This document shows, one piece after another, positions 57,656-64,000 of a stretch of DNA of 64,000 nucleotides. Location of the stretch: the NCBI GenBank assembly GCA_002269645.1, contig NIVC01000046.1:311481-375480 (forward strand), in the 5' to 3' direction. The notes under the pieces were generated by a model. It ran no database searches. It was given only the letters and a program-made list of their open reading frames with translations, and was not told the DNA's origin. Origin of the DNA: Macrostomum lignano (lineage: Eukaryota). The position numbers and the translations under genes were made by a program. The first letter of the stretch is position 1. Every line of letters begins with the position of its first letter.

Positions 57656-58299
57656 GTTCAAGACTTGCTCATTTGATTTGTCATTAAAAAAACAGAAGAC
57701 ACAACACTGGGTAACTTTGGATGCGTTATTTTATTCGAGCCCAGATGGAATACGGCACGACATAAGTCATGTCAAGCGCACTTCTAGAGTGATTTCTCTC
57801 TGAGGATTACGAAATAAAAAACTTGTCAATAATCGCAGAGAATGATCTGATACGACGTGGTGATTCGTATTCGTATTACCTCAATGGATATTACCGAATT
57901 TTTATAGCCGCGCATTCTCGTCCAAAAGTCTTGAATTTTTTTTAAGTCCTCTGACTTTCAGTACATCTAAATCTATACAGTATGATATGTATCATTGTAC
58001 ATTTTGTTACGCAACACGTTGGCATGTATATCCACTACTAGTACACTGGACTTCGTGCACTTGGCTTTTTATTTTAAGGCACTAATATCATAAATATGTG
58101 TGTCGCGTATTCCGATACAAAACTTTACTTGCATAGCGGCGCAAAAGACATCCCTGCGTCTTTTACAATAACAAAGGAGAAGAACAACTTCAAAAGCAAG
58201 TTGAAAAAAAGCAAGATGGCCAGCAGCTGTTCCATCAGATCTCAGGAATGATAGTCAGGAAAAGCGCTATCGGTCAACGGTGCGTCGCCTGGAGGTAGA

Positions 58300-58635
58300 A
58301 CATCAAGAAGAGTGGTGTGGATTGATCCATGAAAATCGGGCATCTGCCACTGGTATAAGCTATCGAAGCTGACCTATCACTGGGACGGCATGAAAAATCT
58401 ATTTAAGATTGCGTTCAAAAGTGCGCTGTCTGTCAGCATCCTCAGCTTCAAAGTCGGTGACAAGGTGTTTCTGCGGAACTTCGACCGTGACGATCGGAAG
58501 GGTGGCAAACTGAAGACACCGTGGTGTACCAAGATTTACATGGTCGAACATGTCATAAACAATAACCTGTACGGACTTGAGGGAACTGTACAGAGATCAT
58601 GCAATGGCCGCCACCTGAAGAAATACCAGGAATAG
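58300..58635 (+). mobile_element. Internally deleted Gypsy/Ginger-type integrase fragment
   Basis: IHE..GICH..KL.KLTYHWDGMKN (Zn-finger region) is fused to FKVGDKVFLRNFDRDDRKGGKLKTPW (GPY/F-type C-terminus). Confidence 0.55.
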
Positions 58636-59613
58636 GTCATTTAAAGAATTTCTAACATTTTAAGAGTAATTTTAGGCTATTAATTTAAACAATTGTTGCA
58701 AAAGTTCAAATTGTCGTCATCTAAAATGTTTGTTATGAACTGAAGACTAAAAAGGTTTCTAACTTAACTCAACTGCTATAGAGCAATGCAAAATATACCT
58801 GCGTTGTTTTATTCGGCTGAATGATTAAAGACGACAACGTATTTTGCCAAATACTTTTCAGCATCCAAACTTATTTGGTCATCTTGAATTCTCTCACTCG
58901 CTTAACAGAAACTATCTCTAGTCTATTTTATTTGTCTTAGATACTTCACTTTGCAACAAAAAGACAAGGACCAAGAACTTAATGAAGTACTCGTACACAA
59001 AATTAGCTACTGAACTTAATACTCGAATAAGTATACTCGACTAAGTAAGCAAGTCTAATGCAATAGTCGACTTGATTTCAAAAATAAATTAATGGCAAAA
59101 GGCATATTTTGCCTCTTTTTACAAAAAGATAAAGCCTGCACGTTTTAGAAAGATCCGCAAAGAAATTACGAAGGAAGTTGAATTATCAAGCCTCATTTTC
59201 CTTAACTTCCTACTTTATAGATCTTTCATTAGGCTTCATTAAGTTTTCCAATTCATACTAAGCATTTAAGGTGCAGCCACGTTGAGCTTGTGTTGCAATT
59301 ATTTTATTAAGAGCCTAAAGTTACCCTAAAATATGTCCAGTAAGCATAGGATCCATAGCCAGTTAGAAATTCTTTAAATCACCTATTCGTGGTATTTCTT
59401 TGTGTGTGCTTTCTCGTGGTCTTTTGCTTCAGCCTGTCTCTCCCTCCACTTTTTGTTTTTTTTACTTGAAAAGCGTTGCAATTTTGATAAAGCACTGACT
59501 GAGAATTTAACTTCAAATACAATAGGACTTTGCGACTCACTGAAGTGATTTGTGCCGCCTGAGAATCTGACTCAACAGCTGTGAGAACTCTTGCTTTCCT
59601 TCCAACATTGCAG

Positions 59614-59667
59614 AATCACAGAGACCCAGCAGGCAGCCGCTCACCGCTGGGATTCGGGCCTCCATCG
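59614..59667 (+). CDS. Exon 2 of the ankyrin-cGLR gene (54-nt linker exon, phase 2-2)
   Basis: Acceptor TTGCTTTCCTTCCAACATTGCAG and donor CG/GTGAGT; reads (G)ITETQQAAAHRWDSGLH(R) with no stop, bridging exon 1 and exon 3 in frame. Confidence 0.6.
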
Positions 59668-60879
59668 GTGAGTCTGACCGGTTCAGCTTTCCTTACCTCA
59701 TTTGCGCAGTGACATTTATAATATTGTGATATCGGCAAATAGTTTAGGCCCTAGACAAACCTATACTGGAGCGATCGGAGATTTTAAAACTTTTAATTCT
59801 TAGCTCCTAGCTAATTTGCCTATCGCCGGTCGGCGAGTCCTACCAGACTTTCTCCAATAGTCGCAGATACGGTACGAGAAATTGAATAACACAGAATTAA
59901 GACTAATCCAGATAGATTTAGATTGAGTGATAGTCCTTATCTGAGAGAATAATGGCTGAGAGTTGAATGTTTATAATTGATTAACACGGAGTTACACGGA
60001 TTAGATAACGCAATTTGCAATTTAACACTCGATAAAATAATAACGCACTTTGGCCAGCGGATCTTGGCTAACGGAGAAGCTTTCCTACAAACCTGGCCTG
60101 ATCCTACTCTCAGAAGAGGACACTCAGGGCCTGGTAGTTCAGTGAATCCCTGGCCAAATCCTACCAGATATGCCTTTCAGTGAAACACTGGGGCCCTCGG
60201 GATCGAGGTCGCGTACTGTGTCAAACCGGAAGCTCCTGTCTAGACCGTGCTTGCCGACGACAAACTCTGAACGAGGTCGTCGCGAATGTTACGCCGGCAA
60301 GGCTACTGCGGTCGGGCAACGGAATAAAATATGGGCCTGGGCTCGACTCGATAGGCGCCTCAAAGCGCGGCAGGTGGCAAAACGGCCAGCAGATGAGAAC
60401 AGAGGCCGGAAAGAAAAACCAGCACTCGAGATCCGACTGCCAAAAACATAGTTTCATATACAGTTACTCCAAAACCCCCTCAGGCCGGTGGTGGGTTTTT
60501 GGCTGGCCGATCAATAATTCCACTTGCATTTAACCCGCGGCGCGCTCTCAGGCCGGGTAGATCTGGCTTGCCGCGTGCCAGGGGCCCAGGCCGATCCTGA
60601 TTTGCTGACCGCGCAAAGCCGGCTACATTGCTAAGTTTTCGACCCTCCGCTGAGCCTGAGCCGGACTGGTTCTGGAAACGTGTCGAACTGTTTTGAATTA
60701 TTTTACAAAAATAAACTCTAACTAACAAAAAGAAATTTAATAAACATGACTAAAAATTGAACAAATCAACAATTAGTAATTCGAAGACTAACAGTAATTT
60801 ACATTAGATGCTCACATTACAGCGTCTTCCAACAGGCTGGCAGCGAAACTCAGGGCAGTTAAGTTAAGATTGGGTTGGA

Positions 60880-61220
60880 CTGAGTGCTGCAGGAGCTGCA
60901 CTCTCAGCTCTCCTGCTTGAGATGCCAGTCTGAATGCTGCAGCAGCTGCACTCTCAGCTCTCCTGCTTGAGATGCCAGTCTGAGTGCTGCAGCAGCTGCA
61001 CTCTCAGCTCTCCTGCTTGAGATGCCAGTCTGAGTGCTGCAGCAGCTGCACTCTCAGCTCTCCTGCTTGAGATGCCAGTCTGAGTGCTGCAGCAGCTGCA
61101 CTCTCAGCTCTCCTGCTTGAGATGCCAGTCTGAGTGCTGCAGCAGCTGCACTCTCAGCTCTCCTGCTTGAGATGCCAGTCTGAGTGCTGCAGCAGCTGCA
61201 CTCTCAGCTCTCCTGCTTGT
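60880..61220. repeat. 50-bp tandem repeat CTGAGTGCTGCAGCAGCTGCACTCTCAGCTCTCCTGCTTGAGATGCCAGT
   Basis: About 6.5 copies just upstream of the cGLR exon acceptor. Confidence 0.95.
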
Positions 61221-61273
61221 TCTGTCCATCCAACTCTGAGCAAATCACCCACACGCATCTCGGATCATTCCAG

Positions 61274-61638
61274 GCTCTCAGACGACTCCCAGCAAGACAG
61301 GCGCCTGAGCGAGGAGCTGCATCGACTGCTCAGCGATGCGGGATTCACCGAGCAGAGAGCAAAGTGTCAGCAGAGACTGGCTGACTGGCTGGAAGAAGTC
61401 GCTCGAGTCCTCACACAGGATGGCAGGCGGATGACGGGCAGCTACGCAGAGGGCTGGGCCAACAGTCTGGTGCAAGTGAACGGCAGGACAGCTGCAGACT
61501 CGGACATTGACTGGACTGTGCTGGTTGCTGGGCAATGGTTCCATCTGGAAGGTGGCTGCAGTGGACAATATGGTTTCTGCAGAGACGCCACTCGGCTGCA
61601 GGTCACGGAGGGCCACGCACAGGTGGCAGTGGGAGCAG
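61274..61638 (+). CDS. Exon 3 of the ankyrin-cGLR gene: Mab-21/cGAS-like nucleotidyltransferase, N-terminal catalytic half
   Basis: Acceptor CATTCCAG and donor G/GTGAGT. The spine-like helix RRLSEELHRLL...RLADWLEEVARVL is followed by MTGSYAEG, DSDIDWTVL (GS plus DxD) and EGHAQV. Confidence 0.78.
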
Positions 61639-61891
61639 GTGAGTGAGGCTGGGTTCATCATCAGAATGCTGAGATCCGCATGCAACTGGAAGCTCAATAA
61701 CTTTGTGCTATATCTCGTGGATTCAATATTGTTTTATTTGCGAGCGTAGCTCAGCTCAGCCGCGTCTTGAGTGGTCTAACGCCGAGACCCTGTCTTTGTC
61801 TGTCTTTATTGCGAAATTATTTCGAAAAGATTCGGTCTATATACATTAGCTCATATATTGTCCAAGCAACAAAAATACTTAAAACATTAAA

Positions 61892-64000
61892 TCACGACAC
61901 AGTGTCTTCCCCCTCTCTAAAAGGTTTACCAGCCGTAGCGTTGCACCGGTGGCTGCTGCGGTTCGATTTGAAGTGAGCGGTATAATCGCTCGTCCTGAGG
62001 CTGGTCTTGGTATGTTGGTGGTCGCCCCTTCCTGCGCTGGTCGGTATAAGCCGCCGTTCGCTGCTGTTCTCCCTAATTAGCTGAACGATATCTGGCCGTG
62101 CTTCCGTGGTGTACTTAGATAGAGCCAGTACAGTCAGTGCGGTGTGCGAACGTCTTCCTAGCATCAGCTCCGCTGGACTCTTGCCAGTCAGACCATGCGG
62201 CGTACTGCGATAGGTCTTAAGGAATTGCAGCAGCGCGTCTTGCATGGGGACATTCTCTGCCCAGGCCACTCGTATGCTGTCTACCAGAGTCCAGTTAAGC
62301 CTCCCCGTCTGACCGTTAGTGCTCGGACGGTAGGGGATGGTCTTCTGATGCTGGATGCCGCGCTCCCGGAGGAACCCTGTGAGCTCACCGCCTAGCTGCG
62401 GTCCGATGTCCGTGAGCAGCATCTCGCAGAGGCCCCAGCGTGCGAAAAGGCTGCGTAACACTTTGCAGGTCGTCTCATTGGTGATGTTTGACGTTGCGAA
62501 TACTTCCGGACATTTACTATGCAGATCCGTAATGACCAGAAGGAATCGTGACGATGATGGTGCTGCCTGTAGCTCACCCACGATATCGATGGCGATCTGT
62601 GTCCACGGCTTATCTGGTCACCGCAGAGGCTGCAGAGGAACCGGTCGCAATTTGAAATTCTTTTCTGCGGCCTATGACAAACGTCTCCACGTCGCAGTTT
62701 ATCATTGGCCAACAGGTGAACTCACTGCTGCTTAGTGTGAACCACACTCGAATGAACGGTGTGCGCCGATTCCAGTAGCTTACGCCGCAGCCGATGTGTA
62801 ATGACTGCTCGCTCTTGAAAAGCCAGGCACGTGCCATCCTGTCAAACGCTAAGGGCTCTCGGACTTTGACAAACGGGTGCAACCCGTGTCCTTCGTTGAG
62901 CCCCAGTTGCCGTTAGTCACTCGCTCAATCAACTGTCGCAAAACCATGTCCTCGGCCGTGGCTGTCGCTAGCTGGGTAGGTTTAACTACTTGGACTTGTG
63001 GCGTCGCAGTGTCCGCTAGCTGTACGATGTTCATGTCCGACCCACAGCTCTACCTTAACACAATGTCGGCAACGAAGTTCCGATTGCCTGGCAGATATTG
63101 TACGTGGAAATCGTACTGTTGAAACCTGTCGCACCAGTGGTGGATGCGCAGCGGCCGATGTCCCGTGCCGCTACGGGTAGGTCCCAACAGTAGTTGACGT
63201 AGCGCTTGATGGTCTGTTCGTAGCTCAAACTGGCACCCATACAGATAGTAGTGCCACTTCTACATGGCCAAAAGACTGGCCAATGCCTCCCGCTTATTTG
63301 CAGCGTATCGCTTCTCGGTGTCAGTCAAAGCTCGGGAGACAGAGGCGATTAGGCGGTCGACGCCGTCTTGGACCTAGAACAGCTGTGCACCAAGAGACTC
63401 TGCACTGGCGTCGGTGGTGACAATCATCTCGGCCTCTGGGTCAAAGTGCGCCAGGATTGGTGGATTGCAGCTCGCTGATTTTAGCTCTTGGAACGCTCTT
63501 TCGCAGTGCGTCGACCACTCGAACTCTGCATCCCCTTTCAGTAGGGCCCTCAGAGCTGTCTTTAGCAAAATTGGGCAAAAAGCGCATTAGGTAGTTTGCA
63601 GATCCTAGGAACGCCTGCAGATCCTTTCGGTTCGACGGCGAGCGCAACTGGCTGAATGCCTTGGTCTGAGACTCTGAAGGTCGCATACTGTCGGCTGTGA
63701 AGATGAAGACGAAAAATTCGACCTCCGTATTGCGCAGCAGGCATTTGTCCTCCTTTTTGGCCGTTAGGCCGCGCCAGCGTCGTTCACACACCGTCGTGGC
63801 TCTCGCAGTCTTGAATCGTGTTCAGTCATGTTTGCCCCGAAAACAAAGAAATCGCCCAGAATATGTTAGACCCCGTCAAGTTCGGCTACTATGTCGTCCA
63901 ACATCCTTTGGAAGGCCGCTGGCGCTGACGCTAAGCGAACGGCACTCTGCAATACCGATATAAACCCCGGTGCGTGATGAATGCCGTCAAGTCACGCGAT
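61892..64000 (-). mobile_element. Second, degenerate Gypsy pol (RT-RNase H-integrase), antisense, running off the window
   Basis: TAFITHRGLYRYCRVPF (RT, ~63920-64000), LQAFLGSANY, IVTTDAS (RNase H), WTQIAIDIVG/FLLVITDLHSKCPEV and TDIGPQ...PYRPSTNG (integrase); many frameshifts. Confidence 0.9.

Larger units (their letters stand above)
53022..57706 (+). mobile_element. Complete but decayed Ty3/Gypsy (Mag-like) LTR retrotransposon
   Basis: 5' LTR 53022-53183 (TG...CA, 162 bp); 3' LTR 57162-57706 (interrupted by an insertion). TSD CTGGG at 53017-53021 and 57707-57711. tRNA-Ser-like PBS (CGGCATCGCAAGCAGGAT) follows the 5' LTR, and PPT AAAAGGGGAGA precedes the 3' LTR. The gag region carries a stop and frameshifts. 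Confidence 0.95.

Noticed and set aside
59970-60730. Several 68-117 aa ORFs in cGLR intron 2
   Set aside because: No recognisable motifs, overlapping frames, and not needed for the in-phase exon chain.

Overview
Eukaryotic (metazoan) genomic DNA with spliceosomal GT-AG introns. The gene content (an innexin, an ankyrin/Mab-21 gene) and introns packed with tandem repeats suggest a flatworm such as Macrostomum, but this is inference only. Most ORFs in the supplied track are artefacts of minisatellites. By splicing exons by hand with phase checks I find six gene models: calcyphosin-2-like (-, 9 exons, 1559-10440), tubby/TULP (+, 5 exons, 14394-27590), a candidate CARD plus coiled-coil gene (+, 29747-35416), an innexin (-, 3 exons, 38319-40531), a divergent ETS factor (+, ~41908-44722) and an ankyrin-array plus cGAS-like (Mab-21/cGLR) nucleotidyltransferase gene (+, 49465 to >61638, running out of the window). 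Mobile elements are a complete but decayed Gypsy LTR element with a 5-bp TSD (53022-57706), a second antisense Gypsy, integrase fragments, a Tc1 DD34E remnant, a CORE-type SINE, a hAT-like MITE carrying a minisatellite, and Crypton-type tyrosine-recombinase pieces with palindromic CATAGAC-ended elements. The top lead is the candidate innate immune receptor: 20 hypervariable 33-aa ankyrin-like repeats with paired cysteines, spliced in phase through a 54-nt exon onto a GS...DxD cGLR catalytic exon 9 kb downstream. All coordinates were read by eye; repeat boundaries are approximate.
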